From positions 35,774,001-35,838,000 of the forward strand of contig OZ024749.1 in assembly GCA_964016885.1 (NCBI GenBank): DNA of 64,000 nucleotides, given 5' to 3'. The position numbers were made by a program, and so were the translations under genes. This DNA comes from Eledone cirrhosa (lineage: Eukaryota). Under the pieces are notes generated by a model. That model did no database searches and was not told the origin of the DNA. It saw only the letters and a program-made list of their open reading frames with translations. Below, piece by piece: positions 1-12,066 of this stretch. Numbering within the stretch: the stretch's first letter is position 1; every line of letters begins with the position of its first letter.

Positions 1-640
1 TATATAAATATATAGTAATAATAATAAATTTGAAGACTAAAATCCAAAGAGGGCTCGATAAGGATAAATATATATCAAATATATAAGAACCGTAGAGCAA
101 ATATTTATTTTTAATAAATATATATATATTCACTCATTCTCTATCACTACCTCTCCTCCTCCCCTTTCTTCCCGTTTGACCTGTCCGTAATTCTTTTCTC
201 GCGCGCTCTTGGCCAAGCCGGTATGAATTTTTTTTCTCTCTCTCTCTCGTCTGCGACTTCACAGAACTTATGTTTACCGAATTCGCAGACCAGACCCCTT
301 CTTCCTACCGTTAGACCTGTGCGAAATTCCTTCCTTGCTCACATTTCAACCAGGTTTGATGGTCTTTATTCTCTCGTTCACGATTTCACCGAATTTATAT
401 TCATAGAAATCTGGGACTTGTCTCTTTCTTCATCACTTTCTGTTGCTTAAACCATTTTGTTTGTTTACCCTAGCGTCCCCTTATTTACGTGTCCCAACGA
501 CTTTTTTTAGCCGTTGCTCGCACCAACCTGAGGTATATGGTCTTTAAAGCAATGAAATGCCTAGGACGGTTGGAAGACCACTAATGAAGGACAAACTTTT
601 TCATATGTAACCCATTTGCAATGCCGCAGCTCCATTATTA
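1..640 (+). mobile_element. Penelope-like/(TA)n-associated non-coding repeat fragments with a decayed hammerhead-like motif at 523-573
   Basis: Bases 30-110 are the reverse complement of 17080-17205. 523-573 reads CCAAC-CTGAGGT...GAAAT-GCCTAGGACG-GTTGG with flanking CCAAC/GTTGG complementarity. Bounded by (TA)n. Confidence 0.4.
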
Positions 641-850
641 TCATATATATATATATATACAATATTTATTCAATTGAAGAAAGTTGGTTGATTGAAAATC
701 TGCCGACTTTTTCTTAACAGATGTAAAGCACTCCATGGTTTTTGTTCATCTGGAGTTTTATTATAATAATAATAAACAAGAATAAAAAAAAATAGGGATT
801 GACAAATGAAACTGCCTTTCTTGTTTATTATATATATATATATATATATA

Positions 851-953
851 CCCGCCAAGGTTGACTTTGCCTTTCATCCTTACGGGGGTCGATAAAATAA
901 AGTACCAGTAATGCACTGGGTAATTGCTGGCCTTGTGCCTAAAGTAGAAACAA

Positions 954-957
<4 letters not shown>
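851..957 (+). mobile_element. SINE family B, 5'-truncated
   Basis: GTTGACTTTGCCTTTCATCCTTACGGGG(G)TCGATAAAATAAAGTACCAG...GTAGAAACAATTAT, shared with full copies at 34362 and 50962. Confidence 0.85.
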
Positions 958-987
<30 letters not shown>

Positions 988-1150
988 GAGTTCAATCGGG
1001 GTTAACTACAGTAAGTAAGGTACTCAATACATTAGTAGAGTGTATACAACAAAATTTAATATAGAAATGGCTTCCACAAGACTAGAACTGTTTCATTAGA
1101 ATGAAACAGTTCTAGTTCTGTAGAAACCATTTCTATACCAAATTTCGTTA
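988..1150. repeat. (TA)n-adjacent repeat with ~100-bp fold-back palindrome (1048-1149)
   Basis: ACTAGAACTGTTTCATT/AATGAAACAGTTCTAGT perfect core with diverged outer arms. Shares the TACTCAATAC..TAGTAGAGTG motif with 9050 and 30450. Confidence 0.7.
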
Positions 1151-1464
1151 TAGAGAGAGATAGATAGAGAGAAAGATAAAGTAGGATTGGAAATACATTT
1201 ATAGAATCTGTTTTTCTTTTTTATTTCCTTTTGATCCATCAAAGTGACATTATTGAAAAAATGAGAAGAATTTTTTTAAAAAAAGGAGTTTTATAGAGTA
1301 TATAAAATATATAAAATATTATCGGTTTATTGTCATCCATCTTATCAAATATTAAATATTACAATTAAAAAAAGAATTAAAAATTTAAAATGAAGTGTTG
1401 AAGGTCTGTTCATCTTTCTTTTGGGGAGAAAAACTGGATCTAAATAGAACCTTATATAAAGAGA

Positions 1465-1506
1465 GAGGTGGTAGTTAGTAGTAGTAGTGGTGGTGGTGGT
1501 AGTAGT

Positions 1507-1555
<49 letters not shown>

Positions 1556-1644
1556 CAGTAATAGTAGTAGTAGTGATGCTAGTGGTGTGGTGGTAGTGGT
1601 GGTGGTGGTGGTAGTAGTAGTGTAGTAGTAGTAGTGGTGGTAGT

Positions 1645-1686
<42 letters not shown>

Positions 1687-1688
1687 AC
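1465..1688. repeat. (GTA)n/(GTG)n trinucleotide microsatellite
   Basis: Directly visible. Confidence 0.95.
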
Positions 1689-1965
1689 AGAGGTTATAGA
1701 AAAATATCATTTGACTGTGGCCATGCTGAAGCACAATTGTAAAAGGATTATATAGTAGTTGATCATATCAACTCCAGTACTTAGATTTTAAAGCCTGGTA
1801 CTTATTTCATCAATCTCTTTTTTATTAAACTGCCAAGTTACATGCCATAAACACATATACACACACACATATAGATACATGTATGTATGTATGTATGTTA
1901 CATGCCATAAACACATATACACACACACATATAGATGTATGTATGTATGTATGTATGTATGTATG

Positions 1966-2350
1966 TAGGCAGAATTCTAGGAGAAGGAAAACTCTGATAT
2001 AACACCTGCAACCCTGATGGTATCCAATGATATTGACTTGTTCTTCTTTTTGGTAAATATCATCTTGGTTAAGAGAGTGGGACTGGCTTTGTGCAGTGCC
2101 TTTGCTCACTATAAAAGCTTCACGGCACAGGCATTGCTTTATATCTGGAGATCTCTCTGCACTTGTCATCACATGGTACCATGGGCCCAGCACTATGTGT
2201 CAGTAATTGTCACAAGTGTAGTGTTTGTACCAGAGTTTTCAAGTAGCTGGCTGGACTAAAAAGTCACACTCGTTCAGCGCATCAGTAGGGGTTCTCCTAC
2301 ATGGATATAAAGTAGTGGCCGTACTCGAAAACGAGTTGGCAGCCACCATG
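1966..2350 (-). mobile_element. Dispersed repeat resembling an RTE-clade 5' UTR (non-autonomous fragment)
   Basis: Near-identical to 10580-10962; diverged copy at 44336-44648. Minus strand begins ATGGTGGCTGCC and contains GAGTTTTCCTTCTCCTAG, a motif recalled from RTE 5' regions. Confidence 0.6.
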
Positions 2351-2459
2351 TATGTATACAACAGGCTTCTGTACCTTATATTATACAACCTTATAGGAAG
2401 CCAGCTAAATCTACATAGGTGTGAGGATGTGAGCTGTAAATATCATTTCCTTTTTGTCA

Positions 2460-2811
2460 TGTATATGTGTGCATGTATGTGTATATATATGTGTGTGTGT
2501 GTGTATGTGTGTATATATATACATGTGTGTGTGTATATATATATATATATAAATACATATGTGTGTGTGTATGTGTGTGTGCATATATATGTATATATAC
2601 ATACACATATATACACAGACGCAGACAAAAATATATGTGTGTATGTGTGTATATATATATATATAAATACATACGTGTGTGTGTATGTGTGTGTGCATAT
2701 ATATGTATATATATACATACACATATATACACAGACGCAGACAAAAATATGTGTGTTTGTGTATGTGTGTCTGTATGTATATGTGTGTGTATGTGTGTAT
2801 ATATATATACA

Positions 2812-2845
<34 letters not shown>

Positions 2846-2935
2846 AATACATGTGTGTGTGTATGTGTGTGTGTGTGTGTGTATGTGTGTGTATGTGTGT
2901 GTATGTGTGTGTATGTGTGTGTGTATATATATACA

Positions 2936-2983
<48 letters not shown>

Positions 2984-3155
2984 CATATGTGTGTGTGTAT
3001 GTGTGTGTGCATATATATGTATATATATACATACACATATATACACAGACGCAGACAAAAATATATGTGTGTATGTGTATGTGTGTCTGTATATATATGT
3101 AAGTGTCTGTGTGTGAATGTGTATAACGTGTATATATGTGTGTGTGTGTGTGCAT
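2460..3155. repeat. Compound (TG)/(TA) minisatellite with 3 copies of ACACAGACGCAGACAAAAAT
   Basis: Directly visible. It explains the CVYI/THIY pseudo-ORFs. Confidence 0.9.
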
Positions 3156-3336
3156 GTGATGGTGCAGAGAAAGAAGTGAAAAAGATATGGAGATGTGGAT
3201 TCTTCATCAAATGCTGAAAGGCGCAGCTTCATTTCCAGATTTCCATAACAGTCAATAACCTTTAAACCTGCCATTTATTGGGTGACACTTTCACAAACCT
3301 GGCTACACACTTTCTTGTACTTAGCTTCAGGACAGA

Positions 3337-5470
3337 GTGTGTGTGTAGGTGTGTAGGTGTCTTAGTTTGTGTGTGTGGAGGTGTCTCTGTGTGTGTGTAG
3401 GTAGGTATCTCTGTGTGTTTGGGAAGTGTTTGTCTGTCTATATGTGTGTGTGTGTGTAGGTGTCTCTCTGTGTGTGTGTAGGTAGGTATCTCTGTGTGTT
3501 TGGGAAGTGTTTGTCTGTCTATATGTGTGTGTGTGTGTAGGTGTCTCTCTGTGTGTGTGTAGGTAGGTATCTCTGTGTGTTTGGGAAGTGTTTGTCTGTC
3601 TATATGTGTGTGTGTGTGTAGGTGTCTCTGTGTGTGTGTAGGTAGGTATCTCTGTGTGTTTGGGAAGTGTTTGTCTGTCTATATGTGTAGGTGTGTGTAT
3701 ATATATGTATGTGTATGTGTAGGTGTGTGTAGGTGTCTCTGTGTGTGTGTAGGTAGGTATCTCTGTGTGTTTGGGAAGTGTTTGTCTGTCTATATGTGTG
3801 TGTGTGTGTAGGTGTCTCTGTGTGTGTGTAGGTAGGTATCTCTGTGTGTTTGGGAAGTGTTTGTCTGTCTATATGTGTAGGTGTGTGTATATATATGTAT
3901 GTGTATGTGTAGGTGTGTGTAGGTGTCTCTGTGTGTGTGTAGGTAGGTATCTCTGTGTGTTTGGGAAGTGTTTGTCTGTCTATATGTGTGTGTGTGTGTA
4001 GGTGTCTCTCTGTGTGTGTGTAGGTAGGTATCTCTGTGTGTTTGGGAAGTGTTTGTCTGTCTATATGTGTAGGTGTGTGTATATATATGTATGTGTATGT
4101 GTAGGTGTGTGTGGAGGTGTCTCTGTGTGTGTGTAGGTAGGTATCTCTGTGTGTTTGGGAAGTGTTTGTCTGTCTATATGTGTGTGTGTGTGTAGGTGTC
4201 TCTGTGTGTGTGTAGGTAGGTATCTCTGTGTGTTTGGGAAGTGTTTGTCTGTCTATATGTGTGTGTGTGTGTGTAGGTGTCTCTGTGTGTGTGTAGGTAG
4301 GTATCTCTGTGTGTTTGGGAAGTGTTTGTCTGTCTATATGTGTAGGTGTGTGTATATATATGTATGTGTATGTGTAGGTGTGTGTAGGTGTCTCTGTGTG
4401 TGTGTAGGTAGGTATCTCTGTGTGTTTGGGAAGTGTTTGTCTGTCTATATGTGTGTGTGTGTGTAGGTGTCTCTGTGTGTGTGTAGGTAGGTATCTCTGT
4501 GTGTTTGGGAAGTGTTTGTCTGTCTATATGTGTAGGTGTGTGTATATATATGTATGTGTATGTGTAGGTGTGTGTAGGTGTCTGTGTGTGTGTGTAGGTA
4601 GGTATCTCTGTGTGTTTGGGAAGTGTTTGTCTGTCTATATGTGTGTGTGTGTGTATATGTATATGTATGTGTATGTGTAGGTGTGTGTAGGTGTCTCTGT
4701 GTGTGTGTAGGTAGGTATCTCTGTGTGTTTGGGAAGTGTTTGTCTGTCTATATGTGTGTGTGTGTGTATATATATATATGTATGTGTATGTGTAGGTGTC
4801 TTAGTTTGTGTGTGTGTGTGTGTGGAGGTAGGTATCTCTGTGTGTTTGGGAAGTGTTTGTCTGTCTATATGTGTGTGTGTGTGTATGTATATGTATGTGT
4901 ATGTGTAGGTGTATGTGTAGGTGTCTTAGTTTGTGTGTGTGGAGGTGTCTCTGTGTGTGTAGGTAGGTACCTCTGTGTGTTTGGGAAGTGTTTGTCTGTC
5001 TATATGTGTGTGTGTGTGTAGGTGCCTCTGTGTGTGTGTAGGTAGGTATCTCTATGTGTTTGGGAAGTGTTTGTCTGTCTATATGTGTGTGTATATATAT
5101 ATATGTGTATGTGTAGGTGTCTTAGTTTGTTGTGTAGGTGTCTTAGTTTGTGTGTGTGTGTATATATATGTGTATGTGTAGGTGTCTTAGTTTGTGTGTG
5201 TGGAGGTGTCTCTCTGTGTGTGTGTAGGTAGGTACCTCTGTGTGTTTGGGAAGTGTTTGTCTGTCTATATGTGTGTGTGTGTGTGTATATATATATGTAT
5301 GTGTATGTGTAGGTGTGTCTGTGTCTGTGTATGTGTATGTGTGTTTGTGTGTGTATGTGTGTGTCTGTGTGTTTGTGTGTGCCTGTGTGTTTGTATGTGT
5401 CTCTGTGTGTGGGGGAGTGTCTGTCTGTCTGTCTGTGTGTGTGTATGTGTATGTCTGTTTGTCTGTTTGT
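3337..5470. repeat. TG-rich minisatellite, core GTAGGTAGGTATCTCTGTGTGTTTGGGAAGTGTTTGTCTGTCTATAT, short and long units forming a ~190-bp higher-order period
   Basis: About 20 copies of the core. Identical ORF translations at 3575 and 3765 (190 bp apart). Confidence 0.95.
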
Positions 5471-5704
5471 CTTAGATATACATACAAGCTATACAAGCTT
5501 TACTAGTGAATTCAACTTGAATCTCCTCCAGGAATCAGTTACTTTTTTTTTTTTTTATTAATAAAAGTATTTCCACAAACTTGACTTAAACAAAACAACT
5601 GAATAACTTCATGCTGTTCCAACCAATTCTTATCGATGTTCAAACTAGTTGGTTTAACATTTAATGAAGGAATTTATATTTGTCACATCTGCATATATGA
5701 ATAT

Positions 5705-6051
5705 ATCATCATTTCATTCATTTCATTTTACGTCCGCTTTTCCCTGCTTGCAAGGGTGAAACGGGAACTAATTCTGGCTTGATTTCTACAGCTGGATGCC
5801 CTTCCTAACACTAACCTCATTTACAGTGAGTGCTGGGTGCTTTTTTTTTGCCGTGGCACCTCCACGACCACTTTGCAGTGGAATGATATGGACCCCAGTC
5901 CCTATCATCTCATCTCTACAGCTGAGTAAACTGGAGCAATGTGAAATAAAGTGTCTTGCTCAAGGAAACAACACATCACCCGGTCTGAGAATTGAACTCA
6001 CAACCTTTCGATTGCAAGCCCAATGCTGTAACCACTAAGCCATGTGCCTCC
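5705..6051 (-). mobile_element. SINE family A (tRNA-derived head, RTE-derived tail), full length
   Basis: Minus strand GGAGGCACATGGCTTAGTGG (A box), GAGTTCAATTC (B box), central CCTTGAGCAAGACACTT, tail GTTAGGAAGGGCATCCAGCTGTAGAA...GGACGTAAAATGA. Confidence 0.9.
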
Positions 6052-6076
6052 ATCATATGTATATATGTATATAATA

Positions 6077-6265
6077 ATAATTGTTTCTAATTTAGGCACA
6101 AGGCCAGCAATTACCCAGTGCATTACTGGTACTTTATTTTATCGACCCCGTAAGGATGAAAGGCAAAGTCAAACTCAGCGGGATTTGAACTCAGATCGTA
6201 AAGGGACGTAACTATGCTGGAAAGCATGGCGTCCGACCCTCTACCGATACTGCCAATCCACCGCC
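6077..6265 (-). mobile_element. SINE family B, full length
   Basis: GGCGGTGGATTGGCAGTATCGGTAGAG head, GAGTTCAAATCC B box. Flanking duplication ATATGTATATAATAATAA. Confidence 0.9.
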
Positions 6266-6291
6266 TATATGCATATGTATATAATAATAAT

Positions 6292-6378
6292 AATGAAATA
6301 TTTGTCTACAGTGCTCAGATGCACTACAACTCATCAAAGATGTATGTATAGCACATAGTATAATGTACAAATGTCAGA
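6292..6378 (-). mobile_element. 3' tail of CR1-like LINE (short fragment)
   Basis: Matches 11838-11915 (TACAGTGCTCAGRTGCACWACAACTCATCAAAG). Confidence 0.5.
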
Positions 6379-6499
6379 TGTATGCATGTATGTATGTATG
6401 TATATATGTGTGTGTGTGTGTGTATGTATGTGTGCGTGTGTGTATGTATGTATATGTATATACTTATAATCATCGCTTTACATTCTTTTTCAAAAGTGT

Positions 6500-6585
6500 T
6501 GGCAGTGACTTTGAAGTTTCAGTGAATGCTCTTCTCATCTGAGAGTCAGAAAAGGTATTCACTGAAACTTCGAAATCACTAACCC
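6500..6585. repeat. ~85-nt inverted repeat/hairpin
   Basis: AGTGACTTTGAAGTTTCAGTGAAT...ATTCACTGAAACTTCGAAATCACT. Confidence 0.8.
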
Positions 6586-6669
6586 CTTTTTCTTCAGAAA
6601 ATGAATTTTACACTCACTCACATTCGCACACATGTGAACATACAAATGTAGATACGAAGATAGAGATGC

Positions 6670-7119
6670 AGACAAACACACACACACACACACACACATA
6701 AAGATACAAGTATACAGATGAATGCATACATTACAAGCATACAGATATAGACACATACTCACACATGTAAACATTCAGATACAAACACATACATGTATAC
6801 ATATAGATCCACGCTCATATGCAAATGTAGACAGGTATAGAGTCAGACACACACATATACACACACATATACAGACACACATATACACACACATATACAG
6901 ACACACATACACACACACATATACAGACACATGCATATACACACACATATACACATACAAATACACACACATATACAAACACATATACACACACATGCAT
7001 ATACACACACATATACACATACATGCAGAGTTGAGTAATAAATTCTTGTATCCAATAAGACATACAAAGATAAATGTATGTTTAGTGTAAGTTGTATAAA
7101 GTCTCTCTCTCTTTCTCTC

Positions 7120-7180
<61 letters not shown>
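6670..7180. repeat. (CA/TA) low-complexity tract and (CT)n microsatellite
   Basis: Directly visible. Confidence 0.9.
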
Positions 7181-7184
<4 letters not shown>

Positions 7185-8054
7185 ACTGTTTTATATTTAA
7201 GTAGTTCCACTTTGAAATCTTGTTACAACATCAACATTCTCTTCTCAAACGATTATGCTGACTAACATCTTCTGTCTGTGGAATAATTATTGGATTTGGT
7301 CACAGAATCAATTTGAAAATATTTTGAAATCTTCCTGTGAGTCTATGAACAAGTATCTTCTAATGCTTTTGATACCAAACTGCCTGAAACTGTTCTAGGA
7401 TCTATGATACATAACTGGCCATTTTAAAGTGTTTACATTGTTTCATGTTCACCTTCCATGCTGTTATGGCAAAGCTTCTGTTACAGTTTGAGGATTGGGG
7501 AAGGGGCTTAAGTATATATACTGTACATGTGTATTATTATTAGTATTAGCTCATAATTTTTTATCACTAATACAAGACTAAGAAAGAAATTTAAAATATG
7601 ATCATAGGAACATATTTAGAGTCAATAGAAAATCGGTGAAGTAAAATCTAAAGCATATTGAAGCAAATTATTGGAGGGGCTTAAGACCCAACAGCTTCTT
7701 AGTGCCAGAAGGCTTGCATAGGTTAGATGGGTTTCCAGTCAGAGACTAGATTAGTCAGTGAGACTTCATCTTGCTCATTTATTCCATAATTGACTTAGTT
7801 CCTATGGTCAGATGTCTATCTTTTTTAATACCACCACCTTAAAGTATGTACTTTCTGCATGTTATCATGACATCAACCCTACTACTTTACAAAGTGTACT
7901 GGGCGCATTTTATCATGGCTCCAGCATTACCCTTTTACAGAATGTATTGGGTGCATTTTACCATGGCACCACTTTTTTTATATTATATTTATAAAAAAAC
8001 TTTCATCATAATTCTGTGTAAGAACCTTTCTTAAGTTATGTTCCGAACACCAAC

Positions 8055-8274
8055 TTAACTCTTTATATACTATTATATACTATTATATTTCCACAGTAAA
8101 GGCTTTACCTCACAAAATTATCTCACATAATACCAAATCTATGAAATTTTGATATTATTCATTTTGAGAACAATACCTTAACATCAGTATCAGTGGTCAG
8201 TTACAGCCAGTTTGAACAGAAAGAAATGAGAGAATTCTAGTCGGATATGGTTGGTTTAAATGCTAAAGGGTTAA
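8055..8274. mobile_element. TTAA-specific (piggyBac-like) MITE family 2 nested in MITE family 1
   Basis: CACCAAC-TTAA[...TAAATGCTAAAGGG]TTAA-TAATGAGAAAG. The uninterrupted host reads CCAACTTAATAATGAAAAAG (e.g. 63690). Confidence 0.75.
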
Positions 8275-8992
8275 TAATGAGAAAGTCAGTTATATTACTA
8301 AATTCCTCCAAATGTTTTTTTGAAATTATTTTAAAATCATTAACTGTGTATATCATTAGAAATATGGTAATAAGAAGATTAAGATGTTTATATTTTTTCT
8401 AAAAACCTTCAATCATAATTCTCAGTAAGAATCATTGTTATGTTCCAGACATAAGATAAACAATGAGAAAGTTATTAAATCCTTCCAAATTCTTGATTAT
8501 TTCCAAAATTATTTAAAAGTCACACGAGGCTATCTTTCATTAAAAATATAGCAAGAAGGAAAGGGTTAAGTAGTTGCAATTTGAAATTTTGTTCTAGCAT
8601 CAACATTCTCTCCAGCTATTTTCTTGTTTAACACTTTCTCTGTCTGTGGAATAATTATTGGATTTTGTCAAAACATCAATTCTGAAATATTTTCAATTCA
8701 ATTCTATAGAAATCTTTTCTCTGTGTGTTTCTGAGTGTGTGTTTGTATGTGCGTAGAAGTATTTTTTTAAATGATTTCATTTTAGTTTCGTGACTTGAAA
8801 ACATGACGAGGTTAAAACAATTCTGTTTCATCTCTTTGAAATGTTGGAGCACATTTCTCTCTTTGAAAGCGGCTGCCATGTTTGCAAATATTTTTATTTT
8901 TCATGTGTAGTTTATGTGGAATTTGAATGGAATATGTATCTTTCTGTGATTATATATATGAGTGTGTTAATATATTTTATATATATATATAC

Positions 8993-9535
8993 AACAAAGG
9001 AATTGTGGTAAGGAACCAAATGGACCATAACGCACCAGAGTACTCAATACTTAAGGTAGTAGAGTGGAAAATAGGAAAACTTATTAACCTGTAATTGTAA
9101 GATAGCATTGTGATTTTTTTATTCATTTCTCACTATCTAATTTTATATATATTTTTTTTTATTTCTAGTATCTTTTACTGTCCCCTACTCTCTTTCGATT
9201 TACCTCTTCTATAACCTCCCTCCCCCACTTCATACACTATCCTTAGAATCTGATGTATACATATCACTTTCAATGCTGCTTGACCGCTCCACTCACTCCC
9301 CTATTGTTCTACAGGCAAGTTCAGCCACCCCTACCTCCCACCAAATGCTATGATAGACTTATTTGTGTTTACAACAAATTTTAACCAATCCTCTGGACAA
9401 CTACAATCTTCCCATATAAGGAAGTACCCCCTTGAAAAGTTCGGCTATTTATTCACCAGACTAAAAATTCTAATTTAGTCCTGAAATAGCCGTCGAAACG
9501 GCTTGAGCTCTGCCGTCGGGGTCATACTTTTTCCT
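8993..9535. mobile_element. (TA)n-flanked Penelope-like non-coding element with ends in inverted orientation
   Basis: The left end matches 30401-30495 directly. The right end (9485-9522) is the reverse complement of 30495-30530. Internal stem CGGCTATTT...AAATAGCCG precedes GAAAC. Confidence 0.55.
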
Positions 9536-9551
9536 ATATATATATATATAT

Positions 9552-9883
9552 GGAGGCACATGGCTTAGTGGTTAGAGAATTGGCCTTGCAATCGAAAGGT
9601 TGTGAGTTCAATTCTCAGACCGGGTGATGTGTTGTTTCCTTGAGCAAGACACTTTATTTCACATTGCTCCAGTTTATTCAGCTGTAGAAATGAGATGATA
9701 GGGACTAGGGGCCATATCATTCCACTGCAGAGTGGTCGTGGAGGTGCCACGGCAAAAAAGCACCCAGCACTCACTGTAAATGAGGTTGGTGTTAGGAAGG
9801 GCATCCAGCTGTAGAAATCAAGCCAGAATCAGTTCCCGTCCCACCCTTGCAAGCAGGGAAAAAGAGGGCGTAAAATGAAATGA
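9552..9883 (+). mobile_element. SINE family A, full length
   Basis: Same sequence as 5705-6051; inserted in (TA)n. Confidence 0.9.
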
Positions 9884-9930
9884 TATATATATACATACAT
9901 ATGTATGTGTGCGTATGTGTATATATGTGT

Positions 9931-9998
<68 letters not shown>

Positions 9999-10184
9999 AC
10001 ATATATATAACCAAAGATTAGTATGGTTCGTTGATTACTCAACGAATACAATTTTACAATAGGTTAGAAGCACTCAAGTGAAAAAGTTTTCCTGGAGTTT
10101 TTAATATTATTCAAAATGTTAACAAATGAAAAATATTCTCATAATCAAAATATATACTTTATTATATATATTTCATATTATTTC

Positions 10185-10528
10185 ATCATCATCATCATCA
10201 TTTCATTTTACGCCCGCTTTTTCCCTGCTTGCAAGGGTGGGACGGGAACTGATTTTTGGCTTGATTTCTACAGCTGGATGCCCTTCCTAACACCAACCTC
10301 ATTTACAGTGAGTGCTGGGTGCTTTTTTGCCGTGTCACCTGCACGACCACTTTGCAGTGGAATGATATGGACCCCAGTCCCTATCATCTCATTTCTACAG
10401 CTGAATAAACTGGAGCAATGTGAAATAAAGTGTTTTGCTCAAGGAAACAACACATCACCCGGTCTGAGAATTGAACTCACAACCTTTCGATTGCAAGGCC
10501 AATGCTCTAACCACTAAGCCATGTGCCT
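10185..10528 (-). mobile_element. SINE family A, full length
   Basis: Same family; (ATC)n tail. Confidence 0.9.
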
Positions 10529-10551
10529 ATATATACATATATATATATATC

Positions 10552-10962
10552 CGGGAGAGATGACCCCTTAGCCTTTGTCAAGGCAGAATTCTAGGAGAAG
10601 GAAAACTCTGATATAACACCTGCAACCCTGATGGTATCCAATGATGTTGACTTGTTCTTCTTTTTGGTAAATATCATCTTGGTTAAGAGAGTGGGACTGG
10701 CTTTGTGCAGTGCCTTTGCTCACTATAAAAGCTTCACGGCACAGGCATTGCTTTGTATCTGGAGATCTCTCTGCACTTGTCGTCACATGGTACCATGGGC
10801 CCAGCACTATGTGTCAATAATTGTCACAAGTGTAGTGTTTGTACCAGAGTTTTCAAGTCGCTGGCTGGACTAAAAAGTCACACTCGCTCAGCGCATCAGT
10901 AGTGGTTCTCCTACATGGATATAAAGTAGTGGCCGTACTCGAAAACGAGTTGGCAGCCACCA
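10552..10962 (-). mobile_element. RTE-5'UTR-like dispersed repeat, second copy
   Basis: Near-identical to 1966-2350; flanked by (TA)n. Confidence 0.65.
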
Positions 10963-11009
10963 TATATATATACACCTTGAATTTCTGGTGGCATTGTTGA
11001 ATTACGATT

Positions 11010-11273
11010 TTAACTCTTTTCATACCACCCTACCTGAAACTATCCCTAGCCCTATGATACTAAACTATTTATTCTAAAATGTTTATATTTATCTTAAATC
11101 CATCTATTATAGACTCATGTAAAGAAGTTTTGTTAAGTTCCAAACACTGTCTTAATAATGAGAAAGTCAGTTATATTACTAAACCCTTCCAAATCCTTCA
11201 TTATTTTCCAAATTATTTGAAAACCATAGGCAGTGTCTTTTGTTCATTAGAAATATGGTAATGTAAGGGTTAA
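11010..11273. mobile_element. TTAA-flanked (piggyBac-like) MITE family 1, ~260 bp
   Basis: TTAA-CTCTTT...AAGGG-TTAA ends. Related copies or fragments at about 7365, 7985-8570, 11405-11640, 26940-27340, 32763, 35400-35562, 42210-42590, 48810, 49125-49270, 53605, 58935 and 63550. Confidence 0.7.
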
Positions 11274-11837
11274 AGATATTTGTTGATGCATTGTTATGTA
11301 GAATTAAGTTTTTAGTGGCTAATTGCCATGGCTATTTTTTTAATTCATTTAATTTCATTAATATCTCATTAGCTGTCTGGTATACTTTATTTGTTGGGTG
11401 ATAGCCTTAAATCTTCCATTAACATATTTCTAATGAAAGACACTGCCTATGATTTTCAAATAATTTTTAAAATTATAAAAATTACGATTTAGTATTATTA
11501 ACTAACATTATCATTAGAACATAGTGTTTGAAACATAACAAAGATCCTTACATAAAATTATAATGGAAGGTTTTTAGATAATATAAACACTTTAGAATAT
11601 ATAGCTTTGTATCATAGAACCAGGGGTTGTTTCAGGGTTAATGTTAAGATGGTAAGCTTAATCTTGGGTGGTAGACTTAATTTTGGATGGTAATGTAATC
11701 TTGGGTGGTAGACATAATGTTGGATGGTGGACATATTCTTAGATGGTGGACATATTCTTAGATTTAGTTTAGTAGACATTGAATTACTGATGTCATTCAT
11801 TATTTCCAACTGGGTGAACTAGAGCAACATGAAGATA

Positions 11838-12066
11838 ATAATGAAAATTATTGTGTACAGTGCTCAGGTGCACAACAACTCATCAAAGGTGCAAGTATAG
11901 TACATAGGAAAGTGAACAGTGTATGGGTCATGACATACACGCAGACACACAATTACATGTGTGCGTGTGTATGGAGGGAGAATATCAGGTTTTAGTGTTG
12001 GCAAATTTCGGGAAGCATGGAAGTTCTGAAGGATACAGTGTCCTGACAGCTAACAACTGATGTAGG
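11838..12066 (-). mobile_element. 3' end of CR1-like LINE
   Basis: Minus strand translates ...PTSVVSCQDTVSFRTSMLPEICQH*, resembling a CR1/L2 ORF2 C-terminus, followed by the UTR shared with 6292. Confidence 0.55.

Noticed and set aside
2225-5561. Many long Cys/Val/Tyr/Ile or His/Thr ORFs (also at 6.7-7.2, 24, 40, 44, 48, 55.6 and 57.8 kb)
   Set aside because: Translations of dinucleotide repeats that lack stop codons.
5796-6038. Recurrent ~80-aa [20 protein letters not shown]...
   Set aside because: Antisense reading of SINE family A.
7228-8700. Diverged direct duplicate 7228-7330 / 8599-8697 as paralogous exons
   Set aside because: Stops in candidate frames; treated as a local duplication (likewise 62140-62210 / 62775-62845).
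9552-9625. tRNA gene
   Set aside because: A/B boxes are present but acceptor and anticodon stems do not pair; it is a SINE head.
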